DNA of 64,000 nt from Lingula anatina (GCA_051362555.1 CM120640.1:42386788-42450787); one strand, 5' to 3'; shown: positions 1 through 13,169, counted from the first letter of the stretch. The notes: generated from the sequence alone by a model not told the origin. Program-made: numbers and translations.

Positions 1-211
1 ACATCAGAAATTTGTGAAGGTATTTGTAGTATTTTCTCATGGAATATACTGGTCACATTGTAATCCACCTCTTAATCCCCGTTTTGCTTATAGCAATGGG
101 TTGTCAGCTTAAGGGACATAAGTCACTTGTAAGATTTATCATGTATCAATTTTCAAGTACTCTCTTAGACTAGCAGTTTGGAATGACGGTCACATTTTTC
201 TTTGTTTGTAG

Positions 212-427
212 AGTTTAGCACATGAACTATTGCGTGGAATTCACCAGGCCCGTACTATGTTAAAGCAGCAGTTACAGCGTGAGGGAAAAGTGGCTGAAGC
301 TGGGGAATCATTGAAGAAAGCACAGCGTGTTGCTCAAAACATTCTCAACATCAGCCAGTCAGAGCTGGAAGATTTAATGCTTAGCGAGGAAGAGGACATA
401 AGCACTGTAAGGAAGAGTATTTTATGA
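212..427 (+). CDS. Terminal coding exon of an unidentified gene whose upstream exons lie before the window; helical/coiled-coil-like C-terminus
   Basis: Polypyrimidine acceptor tttttctttgtttgtag ends at 211. The frame is then open (SLAHELLRGIHQARTMLKQQLQREGK...STVRKSIL) to TGA at 425-427, with coding-like composition. Family not recognised. Confidence 0.6.
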   Translation, partial: SLAHELLRGIHQARTMLKQQLQREGKVAEAGESLKKAQRVAQNILNISQSELEDLMLSEEEDISTVRKSIL

Positions 428-3400
428 CAATCTTTTATGTTAAACAAATGATAAACTTATTACGTTTTTCAGCTGATTGTGTTAGGCAAAAGGAGAGAAA
501 CTGAAGCAGATAAGTTTGATTGTCAACTAGACAAAAGCTATTTTTGAAAATAAAATGTTTTTCAGGATTTTGTGTCAGAAGCTGAAAGAAGAAAGGACAA
601 AAAGTGGAACAAACAATGGGAAAAGTTACTGAAGACAAGGGTAGGCTTACCAAAATTTATAATATGTTACTGTTTGCCAAGTTTTCTTTTAATCAAAAGA
701 GGCCATTTCATTTGTATGACACTTACATAAACATTCTTTTCCAGATGCAGTTTTCAGAGCCCTTGATGGAACTTTTCACAGACAAAATTGAAGAAAGAAT
801 TGAACTCTCTTGCAAGCTGCGAGGGAGGTAGCATCACATTGGTTAAAACAATTGTACCAAGATACTTCCCTCTGCCTTGTCATCCAGTTTACATTCCAAA
901 TTGTCACACAGCATTATAATACAATAGGAAGCTTGCCTCTTTCAGCGCTGTAGAACATAATGGCAGCAACGTATAAGGAATAAAAAATTAACTGAATGAT
1001 TTAGATTCCTTTTACGTCAAGCGACTTGCCGTAGTGCAGAATTTAATGCACAGTCACGTATGTTGTAAGAAAACCAAAGCCCATATTTTATCACATATTT
1101 ATTGGCTTCAACTGAACTGTTGTGCTCATTTTATACTTGGATTCACATCTTACATTACAAATAAAGCTAAACTATTTTTCACTGTTTTGTTTTTCCTGTT
1201 GTCATTACAGTACATAGCCATGATATGACATAGCATGGTTACAAAACAATCAAGGGAATGCAAAATAAACTAAAGCATCTGAACAGGAAATGGAGCATAT
1301 GCCTCCTCTTGACCCGTAGTTTAATAAACTACCTTTGATCAAAATTGACTGAACATTCTTTGGATATATAAGAACCAACACTTCCCTCCAGACGGCACAG
1401 ATAGGGAAAGCGTAATTACAGCTTCTCCAACAAGTAAACAGGAAATATATATATCTATGTACATTTATCACATTAACAAGTTAATTTTTATTTGTTTTAA
1501 TGGACTAAATTGGCTTACTCAGATACGAATATCAGCAGTGGAACTATCTTCCCAAAAAATGTGACCGGCTTTGTTTGGTGCTTAATTTTCAAGCTGTTCT
1601 TACATAACTGTATTGTTGACCAATGTTATTAAGAAAGTGCATTTATAGAATTGCAAGCTAAATTTTGTTGACATTTGACTTCAACTTGATATTTAAACAG
1701 AGCAAAGACAAAATAATAACATTTAAATCTTTCAAGATGTAATGTAATTCAATTACTGTGAGAAAATTCCTCGAAACTTTTACAATATTGATGAAATAAT
1801 GTTTATACGCTCAAAAAAAAAAAAATAATAATAATTTAATGGACCTCTGTAACAAAAGAAAAAATGCACAAGACTAAATATATCCTCTAGTGCCAATGTG
1901 TTTACTTATATAAAAACAACCAAATTAACCTTATCAATTCTGCTAGACCAACCATTATAGAAAGATTAATGTATTACTGCAATGAGACTACACATAACAC
2001 ATAAAAAAGGTATTATCACTGCAAACTGGATGTGTTTAGGTAAAAACGCCAATGTTAATCTTAAAATACTTCAATGTATTAAATAAAAAGATGGCTGAAC
2101 TAAACCAAGAAAAACTTCTACATATCTGGCAAGTAAGCATTTTGGTACTGGCACTTTCAACATCCAATTTTAAAATGCTTTTTAAGAAATAAAAATAAAA
2201 TAAATTGTCCCCTTATTCAGGTAAAGAAAAGACCTTAAATGAATGCAACCCTGTAAAATTAAGATTGAATATAAATACCATATAATTAAAAAATCAATGT
2301 GACATTAAGTTATATTATTTGGTACATGACCACCATAGCCAAGGCTCAAATTCATATGAAATTCGGCTATAAACATGACCTGAAAGTTTCAGTAACCTCC
2401 CCCTTATGGCTTCTGCCCTTATCTAAAAATCATATGCACTTTGTAGCCAAAAGTTCTGGATTTAAAAAATTACTAGTCAAATCATTAATTGACAGAGCTA
2501 GTGGTTTCTTATCATTTGGAAATGACTGCTGCCTATATTGCACCATATGATGAGGACATCAGTAGAAGTGTACAATACCAGGGAATGTTCCTGCCTTTGG
2601 CTTTAATAAGACAATATTCTGGTGTTTACTACTGATGCAAAAGTCCTGAATTTACAAAAATACAACAACGTGGCATCTTATTCAAAATGCAAACTACCTG
2701 TTAAATCTCAGCTGCCTAAATGACACATTTCCTTAATGAAAGATACATGACCATAACAGCATTGCAATTAAAAAATTCCTTTAAGTTCTACTGCGATTTA
2801 ATCAGAGAAATGACCTCATTATGGAACCACAGCCATTCATTATATGTGACTAGTGTGGCTTAGTACATAAGACAAAAGGTGACCCATTTCAGAGCTGCCA
2901 TATGCAAAAGTGTTGATTGAAATAAGATGTACAAGTTATACACTAAAATGCCATTACTGGCCAGCTCCCAGCCACAGTATATATATACATCAAAACTAAG
3001 GTTGAAAAATAGACAGACCTGCACAATAGTTGGCAAATACAATTCTTAAAATGCCTCTTTGAATTAATCATTTTTGAATCATGCACGAGTCATGAATTGT
3101 AAACAAATGTCTGTCATACTGGCTGGCTGCATCTTCATTAACTTAAAACTAAACCACATTTCTTGATCATAGTCTAGGGCTATAAAAGCTAAAAACTGCT
3201 TTCCAAGCACACACTGTCAAATCTTAAAACTTGAAATTCATATCTCCTTTCACTTCTGGTTTTCAACATTCCTTTTTCTTTCCAACAAAGTGTCCTCATT
3301 ATTCTGAGCAAGGTCACCTCAACAGCAGGTCTTCAATGAGCATTACATCAGAAACCTGCATCATTCAACTCCTCTGGAGTCTGCAAACATGAATGCCATG

Positions 3401-3540
3401 GTGCACTTGGTTAACAAGGATATACATGTGCCCACAACTATAATGTTACACGTCAAAAATAATGGAGACCTATGAAAAATATTTCTCTGTTCTCTATTCT
3501 TTTACAAGGCATCACAATAATAAACATTATGACAAAACAA

Positions 3541-4947
3541 TTAGGAACTATTAATTATTTGACCTCGGCCTTTCCCAAATCCTCTTGTACCATCCGGACC
3601 ACGAGGTTGGCGTAGAATTCTCTCTTTTTCTTCCGTACGCTTGTTTACTAAGGGACCACCATTGCCCTGCATCTTGGCCAAGGGACTTATATCCTGAGCA
3701 GCCTTCAATCTTCGTTGTACCCAGGGACTTGAGGAAGGGCTGATGTCAGATCCATCTCCTGCTGGTCTTGCCCCTGCTGAGTAGCACCTTCTGCGTCCCA
3801 ATTCTGGGCTGGTTAGTGGACTAGCCTTTGGGCTGCGACTATGCCCAGAATCTATGAGTGGAGACTTCCCCTTGTTTTTCCTCTGTGGCCTAGGACTAGA
3901 TTTGGGACTTGTGTGAGGGCTGCTTTTAGGCGAGGAGTGGGGGCTGAGACGATTCATGTCCTGGTTTGGACTGAGAGAATTACGTTGTTGGTTTTTTCTT
4001 GTTGGTAGTGGTGAATATTCAGCATCTGAGCCACTGCTGTAGCATGAGGAGTCATCACGAGCCAGTTCATCTATACGAGTACCTTTTTTCTTGTTCTTTT
4101 TCTTATCATTTTTCCCTTCTTTCTTATTTTCAGTTTTCTTCTCTCCTTTCTCTTTCTTTTTTGGTTCTGCCAAAAGTGCAACATGGATGGCTGATCTCCA
4201 GTTGTCTTTGTCTACACTTTCAACAGCATTTTTGGCAGATTCATGGTTTTCAAATTCAATAACAGCACAGACTGAGGTTTCCAGCTGGGGATGCTTACTA
4301 AGATGCTTCTTTACATCAGAAGGTATGGCCTTGCCAGGCCTAATTATACGAATTAAGGCTATCTCACCATGCTTAGAAAACAATTCAGCAACTGATTCTA
4401 TAGAAGGATCTGTCATTGGCAAGTTAAATGCCACTACAGTCCTCGAAGGCGTTGTTTCATCCCATTCTGGTAGAGGCTCCATACGACGAACTTTAGTTTC
4501 TTCTGAATTGACTTCCAATTTCTCAGACTGTTTCAAGCTGTAAGCAACAACTCTAAAATCTTTTGTAAGTGACTTGACTTTCTTAAAAGAGGTGATGAGC
4601 TTGATGCTGACGTATCCCATTTTATTTCTTCTCACATGTTTAAGAAGGAAAGCATCTTTGAGGATATTAGCATCTGAGAAATAAAACTCCACTTGGGTGA
4701 TAATTTTATCTCGCAGCTCGTCTGTCGGAGGGGTAAACTCTCCCACTGATTCATTGACAATATCAGCATCTACATCTGACGGATACCCTACACTGGCACA
4801 CTCGCTGTCACTGTTATAATTTGAGCACTCCTCTTCCTTCAGCTTTTCCACGCGTAGCACAGGTACCGACATCGGGAGACCCGTGTCTCCTCCACCATTT
4901 GCAGGGCTGTCAGTTGGTTCGATGATTTTAATGTCTTCTCCACTCAT
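3541..4947 (-). CDS. LARP6: La-related protein 6 (Acheron), single-exon CDS, 468 aa
   Basis: La motif (KIITQVEFYFSDANILKDAFLLKHVRRNKMGYVSIKLITSFKKVK), RRM-L3 (SRTVVAFNLP...FSKHGEIALIRIIRPGK...CAVIEFE), Lys-rich NLS-like run, SP-rich region, SPWVQRR and C-terminal LSA/SUZ-C motif RILRQPRGPDGTRGF. Confidence 0.96.
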   Translation of the reverse strand: MSGEDIKIIEPTDSPANGGGDTGLPMSVPVLRVEKLKEEECSNYNSDSECASVGYPSDVDADIVNESVGEFTPPTDELRDKIITQVEFYFSDANILKDAFLLKHVRRNKMGYVSIKLITSFKKVKSLTKDFRVVAYSLKQSEKLEVNSEETKVRRMEPLPEWDETTPSRTVVAFNLPMTDPSIESVAELFSKHGEIALIRIIRPGKAIPSDVKKHLSKHPQLETSVCAVIEFENHESAKNAVESVDKDNWRSAIHVALLAEPKKKEKGEKKTENKKEGKNDKKKNKKKGTRIDELARDDSSCYSSGSDAEYSPLPTRKNQQRNSLSPNQDMNRLSPHSSPKSSPHTSPKSSPRPQRKNKGKSPLIDSGHSRSPKASPLTSPELGRRRCYSAGARPAGDGSDISPSSSPWVQRRLKAAQDISPLAKMQGNGGPLVNKRTEEKERILRQPRGPDGTRGFGKGRGQIINSS

Positions 4948-5082
4948 TATTAATGTTGTATGTTCTGTTGAATAATCAAAGTTAGTTCAGATTTTTGGTG
5001 AAAATTCCAAAAATCTGTTACTCAAGCAAACCTCGACAGACACCTGCAAACATTCCATCCACAATCAATAGCATCTTAGATG

Positions 5083-5121
5083 GACCAATCAAGTCTTCTA
5101 ACACATAGATCTGACCAATCA
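5083..5121. promoter_or_regulatory. Two CCAAT (NF-Y) boxes in the putative LARP6/DCTN3 bidirectional promoter
   Basis: GACCAATCA occurs twice (CCAAT at 5085 and 5115, 30 bp apart) in the 230 bp between the divergent ATGs at 4947 (-) and 5178 (+). Confidence 0.6.
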
Positions 5122-5177
5122 TTTTGTTCGTAATATCATAAGCCTTATGAGCCTCACTATCAATTCACAAATTCATC

Positions 5178-8100
5178 ATGGAGGCAAAGAGTTTAGACTT
5201 GATGGAATCTAGATTAGATTTGTTAGAAAATCTAGTATTTGGCAATGCAGATAAAGATGCTACATATCCCAAGGTACGAGAATAGTTACAATATCTTAAT
5301 ATTATACAGTGCTATATTTTTAAAAATTACAGATAAAATAATATCTAAATCCAATGCTGATATCGATGAAGAATATTTTAGATAATGTCACTGCGATTAC
5401 CGCAAGGACCCAGTGTCATTCAGCTGTCTTGCTTCAATATTTTAAGTGTGGCAGTGGAAAACAGGAGGTCAGTAAGGATGAGCTACTTCTAGGTTCATTT
5501 CATTTGGAAATTGTTCGTTTATACCATACTTTTTGTTTTCTTCGTTATTTGAGTAAATGCTGATTTCCTGACCCTTTTCCTCTACTTAAATTTCATGAAT
5601 TTCGCAACTGTTGGTAGATTCTACCCTGGATGCTTTGTCCCATTTAAACACCACATTTTCTTCTACTTTCAGCTCCCCCCCCCCCCCCCCCCCATGGTCT
5701 GCAGTTCCAAGTGATCTCTATGTACAGATTTATAAAAATCATTTATTTTGGAAAGATCTCCTGAAAGTCTATAGTTTTCAGTCTCCAATCTCTGAATTCT
5801 TGTTTATTTCAGCAAATGTAACATCTATCTCTTTGTTTTGTTTCTTATTTGCGTACAGGACATTTGAAAATTTTATACTTTTCTCTGTTTCATCCACTAT
5901 GTTTTTCAAAACAACTACTTGGCTAGTTACATTTTCTATCTTCCTTTCAGAACATTCAATTTCAATATCATCTAGTTTTTTTCCAGTTTCTCACACATCA
6001 TTTTAATACTTTTGGCTATATTGTCAATTTTCGAACCATAATCCACATAAGTCATCATTTTGAATGGTTGTGTAATAGGTTGCACAAAAGCAGGTGATTG
6101 CGGTGCAAATCTAACAGGTGAAAGGTTGCAATTCGTTACCATATTGTACTCCTTGGTTAGTTCCTAGTATTTTCATGTTCCCTACTGGCATTCCAATGAG
6201 GATTATTGCATCATCATGTGGTAAGATTGGTGAGTGTTCATAGTGTGGACTCTGTCCATAACTGGTGTGGCAGGATTTATGATATTACCACTAATTGCAG
6301 AACTTATTGTTAGTGTTGTGAAACAGCTGTCTCTACCCAATTGAGTAATTTTCACATATGTTTTCTTTTCGATTTCTCCGCTTTTATCAGGTCTCAATCA
6401 TGATTTTTTTTTTTTTTTATGCGCTCATGCTACTCACTAGGTGTTTAGATTCATTTACCTTCCAGAGTTTCATTTAAAGTTCCACCTCTTTCACAGTAAA
6501 TCTCAGTTTACTGGAGAGTCCCTACTCTTGGCATATTTTCTTGAAGCATGCACACTGTGGTCCATAGAAAGTGAAATATTGTTTTGGATAACAGACCTTA
6601 AAACCTCTGAGGTGGAAAAATATTTACATTAAAAAGATCCTTGAGATTTGGTCAAAATCATTGAGATTACAATGGAGGATTCTTATTGTCAAATGAGACA
6701 TGTTTTATCTTCTTTGGTTATAAAAGACAATATTAAGATAGGTATAAATAATGCAAGACAATGAAACTAACTAAAGTTGGTTAGTGAAAATTTTGCAGAT
6801 AAGTGTTACCAAAGGCTCTGTGGAAGGCTCTCAAACCTCTTGCTGGAGCCTGATATATTTTGTTTCTCATATGGGCAATATTGTTATTTACTCAGACTTT
6901 TGCAATTTTCCATGAGAATTGTGTGGTTTTTTGTATAGTAAAGTAAGTCGTACATTAATTAAGTTCTGGATAGAGAGGTCCCACTTTTTAGATGGCGTTA
7001 ATTCTTAATTTTAGTTCCAGTATAATAATCAAATATATTGAACCACCAGACATAATTTATTATCTTTTTTTTTTATGTTTTCTTCTTTATTATGTATTTT
7101 TTTCAGCTATAAGAATTAACTAGATGACCTATTATTTTTCCTTCACACTACAAGTTAAAATAAATATTGAACAGTCCATGAGAACTAGGTTAAATTTATG
7201 AGTCTCATGGCAAACCCCTGAGAGTAGGAAGGTTTGGGATGACTGTAGTTTGTTCTGAACTTTTACAGCAGTGTGTAGCATAGAATGCAATAAGAGGTAA
7301 TATTTAAAACCCAGAACTGACGTCATTTTATTTCTTGTTTGTTTTAGTGTGTAGAAGCACTTTCAGAACATCACAATAAATTATCATCTGCAACAGATGG
7401 TAAGACAAAAGTATCCCAAGTGTTAAAAAGGCGTAAGTGTTACAGTTTTAATACATTAACAGCAATATTTATCCTATAGTCCGAAGACAGGAATATTAGT
7501 TCAAAGTAAATATCGAGCAATAATCAATGTGAAAGTTTTTTCTTGCAGAAGTAGGTTTTATAATACTATTCTATAACATTTGTTATATTCATATAATGGA
7601 TGCACATTAGTTGTTATTCCTATTGTCCAATTCCCATTTCATTTCAGTTTCAGAAATTGAAAGCTATCTAGATCCCAAAACAGCTGATGAGCTTGCATTA
7701 ACTGATGAAGCCAAAGCAAACATATTGTTAGCAGGTATGTTTTTCAGAATTTTAATCATATATGGGTATATGTAGTAAGTAAAAAAAAAAAAAAAAAAAA
7801 AGCAGAACTGTCACTTTTCTGTAGGTATAGTCTGTTACCACTAAAAAAATAATACACACAGAGACCCGATTCACAAATTAAATTGTTCAAAAATAGATCC
7901 AAACTTTTTGACCAAAATTTTTATCTGCTTTGACCAAATAAGAATTTTTGAAAATAAACGAAATGTTGTGTTTGTTTTATAACAAACGAAAAATGATTGA
8001 TATTTGTAGTTAATTAATCAATTTAACAAGCAAATGATCTTTGTTTTATTTATTTACATTTTTGTTTCCAGAAGAAGAAAATATTAAAAAATTAGCCAAA

Positions 8101-9203
8101 GATTTAGAAGAGATACACAAATCAACAGATGTTTTTGAAAGTGAACACATTAAAGGTGAGTAGAAATTCTTATGGTGTTGTTGCTTAGCATGTTTAAAAG
8201 ACATTCATATTTCCCCTTTCTGGAAAATATTAAGTTATAAGGATAGAATTGATAATCAGTTGAATAATAGCATAATTTTTCTGTAAGAATAAAAAGCAGC
8301 AATATCTTTATAATTATTGAGTTAACATATGCCTTTTTTTTTTTTTAGAATCATTTCTGTTACAATTTTGATGATGCTTATGATGTCATATTAGAACCTG
8401 CCTGATCATTACATTGTGATAATGAATTTATGCACTGTTTTTACAGCTGCTCCATCTTTAGCAGGGAAATTACATTTACTAAGCCAAGTGCAAATAGAAC
8501 AACAGGTAATATTTTAATTGCTTTCTTACTTAAATAATATAAAGGCAGCTGAGTGAAGCCTTCCAAAGGCAAGCATGTAATATTGTATGTATTCTTTGTG
8601 GATCTCAACATAAGTTGGTGGCATGGGAGCATTCAGTCAAGTGTATATGTTGCACATACCAAATATGCCACCTTTTACAAAGTTTCATAAACTGTTGTTG
8701 ATTGTTTTCTGTGAATAGCATGTCTAACTTATCACTTAATTGCTATAATATTGATAGAAAGTGTATGCTAGGGGAGAGAGTCATGGTCAGTGCTGTGAAA
8801 ATTTGAGTAAAATTCACACAATTTGACTGGAATTCTTAAGAAGAAAAATTTGTGTTTCAGGACAAAACCTGTGAATTATCTGAAGAGACCAAGAAGCTTT
8901 TGCAGTCATACAACAGTATTGTATCCTTTATCAACTGCAAACCAATACCTGCATTTTAGAGTAAACTTCTTTTAACTTTTTGCTGCATTGTATTTCATGC
9001 ATTAACCTGTATATTGTATCTGCTATATAAAATTAGATACGTATAAATTAGGGTTTAACAAAATCCTTTTGGATGTTTATTTGAACTCTAACATCATAAG
9101 TAGTTTTTTTTTCTTAACAATTGGGCAGGTAGCTTTGATATCCCGTCAGTTTGTAAAGTGGGATGAGATGCTGACACAAGCAGAGAGAGCAGCAGCTAAA
9201 TGA
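5178..9203 (+). CDS. DCTN3: Dynactin subunit 3 (p22/p24), 7 exons, 181 aa
   Basis: Exons 5178-5273, 7348-7432, 7648-7734, 8072-8155, 8447-8505, 8861-8920, 9129-9203 join in frame (546 nt). MEAKSLDLMESRLDLLENLVFG...YLDPKTADELALTDEAKANILLAEEE...SEHIKAAP...SQVQIEQQD...LSEETKKLLQSYN...ISRQFVKWDEML matches DCTN3. Confidence 0.93.
5420..6400 (-). pseudogene. Decayed LINE ORF1-like relic (coiled coil plus L1-type RNA-binding domain) in DCTN3 intron 1
   Basis: Minus-strand fragments broken by stops and frameshifts: KKLDDIEIECSERKIENVTSQVVVLKNIVDETEKSIKFSN, ELKVEENVVF, PTVAKFMKFK*R, VRKSAF, KYGINEQFPNEM. These resemble the RPIVAKF...VRK...YGINEQFP pattern of invertebrate non-LTR ORF1. Boundaries approximate. 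Confidence 0.55.
8921..9128 (+). other. U12-type (minor spliceosome) GT-AG intron, DCTN3 intron 6
   Basis: 5' splice site GTATCCTTT at 8921. Branch-like TTCTTAAC at 9111-9118, 10 nt before the end of the intron (CAG ending 9128), with no polypyrimidine tract after it. Flanking exons join in frame. Confidence 0.9.
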
Positions 9204-11477
9204 GAACAAAACAAGATTGGCTCTACTTGATTTCTGAAAAGAACTAAAATAATCATGCTCATACATTTCTTTTTGAGACAGTCCTTCTTTCAGTCTACAG
9301 TGTACTGACCAGATTGATTTGCTCTTGTCTTAGATTACCTAAAATCTTGATTTAAGAGAAATGTTTAAATAAAGATGTATGAGCTGGTCGTCTCCGTATC
9401 TGTAATTGGTGCTATGTTCCTGTAAACTGTGTATGAAATAAGCGCTATTATTGTCCTAATCATTTTCAACAAACTTCTGCTTTGTCTATTAATTTGACTT
9501 GCAACACAGACAGTTGCACATGAAAATATTTAGTATACCACTGGCTGGCACTTGGTACACAAGCATGAATCATCTGGCATGAGAGGGAACATAATTGCTG
9601 GTAAATAGCTCTACCAATATTATCCATGTGAAGGCACACCTGTTTGCCAAATTGCAAGGTCCTTGCTAAAGGTTTTGGTTGTTTTATTTGGAATTTGTAC
9701 CTCTTACAGTTAGTTGTAAACTTATTCAAGTAATTTATTACTGCTGTATGTATAGAAATATAGATTATGATTATAATAAATAAAAGTGCTGGATGTTGTA
9801 ATTACAGAATATAATGTGCTTATATTGTATTTGTATCAAGAAATCATTTTCTTAATTTTGGCTTTCTTGCTTGTAAGAGTACATTTTACAATTGTATATG
9901 TAAAATAATAGTACTCATGGTTTTGCGGCAGGTATTTAATAGCCCTGCATGATCTCCTCCTTCACAGAGATGAACAGTATGGGACACACCTCAAGTCTAG
10001 GGCAGAATGTTTATGAAAATGACAAGCTTGCCTTTTAATATGTAACAAGTTTGAAATATTTTCTGGACAGTTTCAAGTTAGTTTTTTTAAATCTTCTATT
10101 CAAAATACATCAATAAACCTTCAGAACAGTAAAGCCTGGGGATTGAAAATTTATATTGGATGAATTTACAGGAAACTGAAGCAACAAAAAAACGTAACTG
10201 TTTTTTTTTTTTTAAACTCAACCCATTTTAGAATTAAAAGATGTTACTGAGAAATTTAAAGCAAAACTGTGACTTTTTTTAAGTACAATTTTAATAACAA
10301 AATATTTTTAAACGGACAAGTACAAATTAAATAATGAGTGCGGAAGGAACAGCATCTTCTCTATACTAGTTGTCAATAAAAGCATGTGTGTAAAAACATG
10401 CTCTCTATTTCTCTTAAGTTTATAAGCCATGAGTTAGAGACTTGATGGTAAACTTCGTCTCCAAGTTGATGTCATCAATGATCACGCAGATTAAGTTCAT
10501 TTTGATCAAATTAACCATGCATAAGTACCCGGAAAACAAAATATAACTTTTGTAAAAGCAAAGTAATACTAAACATGCTAAATCTTTTGACATATCGACT
10601 AGGTAGCCACATAAAAATAATGGATGAAAATAGTTTTAATTTTTTTTTGCTTTGTACTTCAATGTGTTCAGTCAGTGCCTGATTCATAACTTGTATCCAA
10701 TACCTTCATCCCTAATGTGATGTTCATCGCTTAACATAAAAGGCTGATAAAATGAGGAAATCATTATATGTAGTTCAGTTTTTTTTACCAAAAAATAAAA
10801 AAAGAAAGAAAATATATATGTACCACGCCTGACTGCCCCAAAATACTGTATACATTATAAACAAGAACTGAACATTGTTAACATCACTTACAATATTATG
10901 TCTATAATAATTACATATAATAAACAGACTTGAAAACCACTATGATCATCCAATGAGGTCCTATGAAAAGAGAAAATGCATGCCTCAAGAGTATTCTTAA
11001 ATAGCAGATTGGCATACCACAATGTAAGTATTCTCAGTGAAGTACTGGTAGGAATGCCATCTGATATCAGTTGCATACCCCCATGTTGCCTTAGATTCCA
11101 AATAACAAACATCTCATTTAAAATGAAAGAAACAAATACTGATATTATTTTGCCATTTCAGCAGACTTAACTGTGTCACATAATTACACTTATTGCAAAA
11201 ACTGAACCCCTTTCTGGTTTTATATTTCTAATTAATAAGAGTGAGCAGCACGTTTTTCATAACATGTCCCATTATAATAAGCACCATTATAATCTGAGAT
11301 AAGAAAGTGGCCTTAACCACCAGTTTTTAATTGCAACAGACCATTCTACACTAAAAACAATACTTTTTGTCATAGTACAAAATAGAATACATATTTTGAT
11401 GCCAGAAATGTCATTTGTTAAGATTCCTTCACCCCCAACTTCATTTGATTAAAGAAATGAGACTGTCATCTGTATCT

Positions 11478-13169
11478 CTAATCTATTACCACAGGGTTTT
11501 GTTCATTGCCACATTTCTGGGCTGCAATAGTAGCCAACTTGACAGCCACTTTGTAAGACCCTCGCTTTTTCTTGTCAAATTTCAATCCAAAATCCTCTAA
11601 GAAGGGATACAGATCTAAACACTTTATGTGGGACATGGTTTTTGACCCAAACCAAGATATATGGGCTGTTTCTGTGATCACCATTCCATTGTCTCGCTGA
11701 CTGAGTGCTATTCTTAATATTCTCCCTGGCCACCATGGAAAACCTTGAATTTTTCCCCATACCACATCTCCCACACAGATGGCTTTGCCTAGTTTATTAA
11801 CACTTCTGTAAACATTTCTGGTTTGTATTCGCATCATCAATGGGCGGACTGTTTCCAATCTAGTCAAATGTTTAATCTCTTCACCTGGGAAGTCACCAAA
11901 ATCTGTGGCATCAGAGGTTGTAGAGGTAGAGTCTGAGACATTGTCTGGTACATTTTGTTTTTTCTTTCTCATTGAGGAATTTGTTACTTTGCTGCTTTGG
12001 ATGTTGGGTTCAAAAACCTTTGTTTTTGTTCTCTGCCTTAACCCAAAGCGACTCACAGCCTTGCTATTGTCATAACTGCAATTAGGAATATTTGCACTTT
12101 CCACACCAGTATCATTTGTTCTTTTCAATGGCACAGATGCACTTTTTACATGGATATTACTTTGAACTAGTGCCTTCACTGTCTTTTCATCCATATCTCT
12201 TGATTTGTGTTTGTGTTTATGTTTCATCTTGTGTCGATGAGAATGGTGTGTTAAGCCTGATACCTGCTGGCAGGCTTTTTCTTTCGCCTTTCTCAGAGCT
12301 TTCTTGGCTTTTTTGTGGGCATAATCCAGACGGGATCCATCTGAGACACTTCCTTCTTTTTGTGGCTTTGCAGGAATTTGCACCACAGTCCCTTGGCCTT
12401 CTGGGCTAGTGAAAGAAATTTTGATAATGGGACTAGTTTTCTTTTGATCCTGTGAGTGTGTAGTTTTCAGCCTTTTGCATTGCACCTGAGGTTCTAATGG
12501 AAGCTTTCTTTTAGCAGTTTCAGCTGAAGTTTTTGTCGGATCTGTAGGACTGTCTTTGTTTTTGTATTCCCTACATGGCACTTTGCACTTGGCACACAAA
12601 ATCTGTCGAGGTCGCAGGCGCATATTTCGAATATTTTTGTCCCATAAACGTTTGACTGGTGTTGTAGTTGCTGCAGTCAACTCAGTGCTTGTGTTTTCTT
12701 CATTGTGTTGATTGAAAGTATGTCTCAGTGTTACTGCAGATGATTCAGGCTTCACAGCACTCTCTGACACAGCAGTGTCCAAGGACAAAGTGTGGGAGGG
12801 GTTTTGTTCTGGACACGTTTTCTCTACTGTGGGCACACTTGGCATGCAAATACCGTAGGGTATATTTCTGAAATCAAAAACAGATATTTACAATGATACG
12901 GATATATAGTTTCATTACATCTATAAACACGTACGAAATAAATTCTTAAACACAAAATAATTCACCCATTCATTGCCCAGTCTGACACCCCGTCTAAATA
13001 TCTAATGTTTATTTGCTTACCTCTTATCTGCATCCAGTAAAACACCTCGGAATCTTTTGCTTCCATGTTCCAGGTAAACCACGAGGACATCATCTAAAGC
13101 CTCCTCCACAAGCACAGACAAAGAAAGGCCTTTCAATTTTAAAGTTTCTTGTTCTATTTCTTCCGCCAT
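11478..13169 (-). CDS. PWWP2A: PWWP domain-containing protein 2 (PWWP2A/2B pro-orthologue), 2 exons, 512 aa
   Basis: Exon 1 13169-13021 (MAEEIEQ...VEEALDDVLVVYLEHGSKRFRGVLLDADKR, donor gtaagc). Exon 2 12867-11478 (acceptor tttcag). Contains RLRPRQILCAKC and a C-terminal PWWP domain (VGDVVWGKIQGFPWWPGRI...ISWFGS...LYPFLEDF). Confidence 0.9.

Noticed and set aside
3999-4543. ORFs antisense to LARP6 (similar ones lie opposite PWWP2 and the INPP5A last exon)
   Set aside because: Shadow ORFs of real coding sequence.
6365-6395. Minus-strand CTGATAA...GAAA resembling a hammerhead core
   Set aside because: The core is mutated (CTGATAA rather than CTGANGA) and stem II cannot form.
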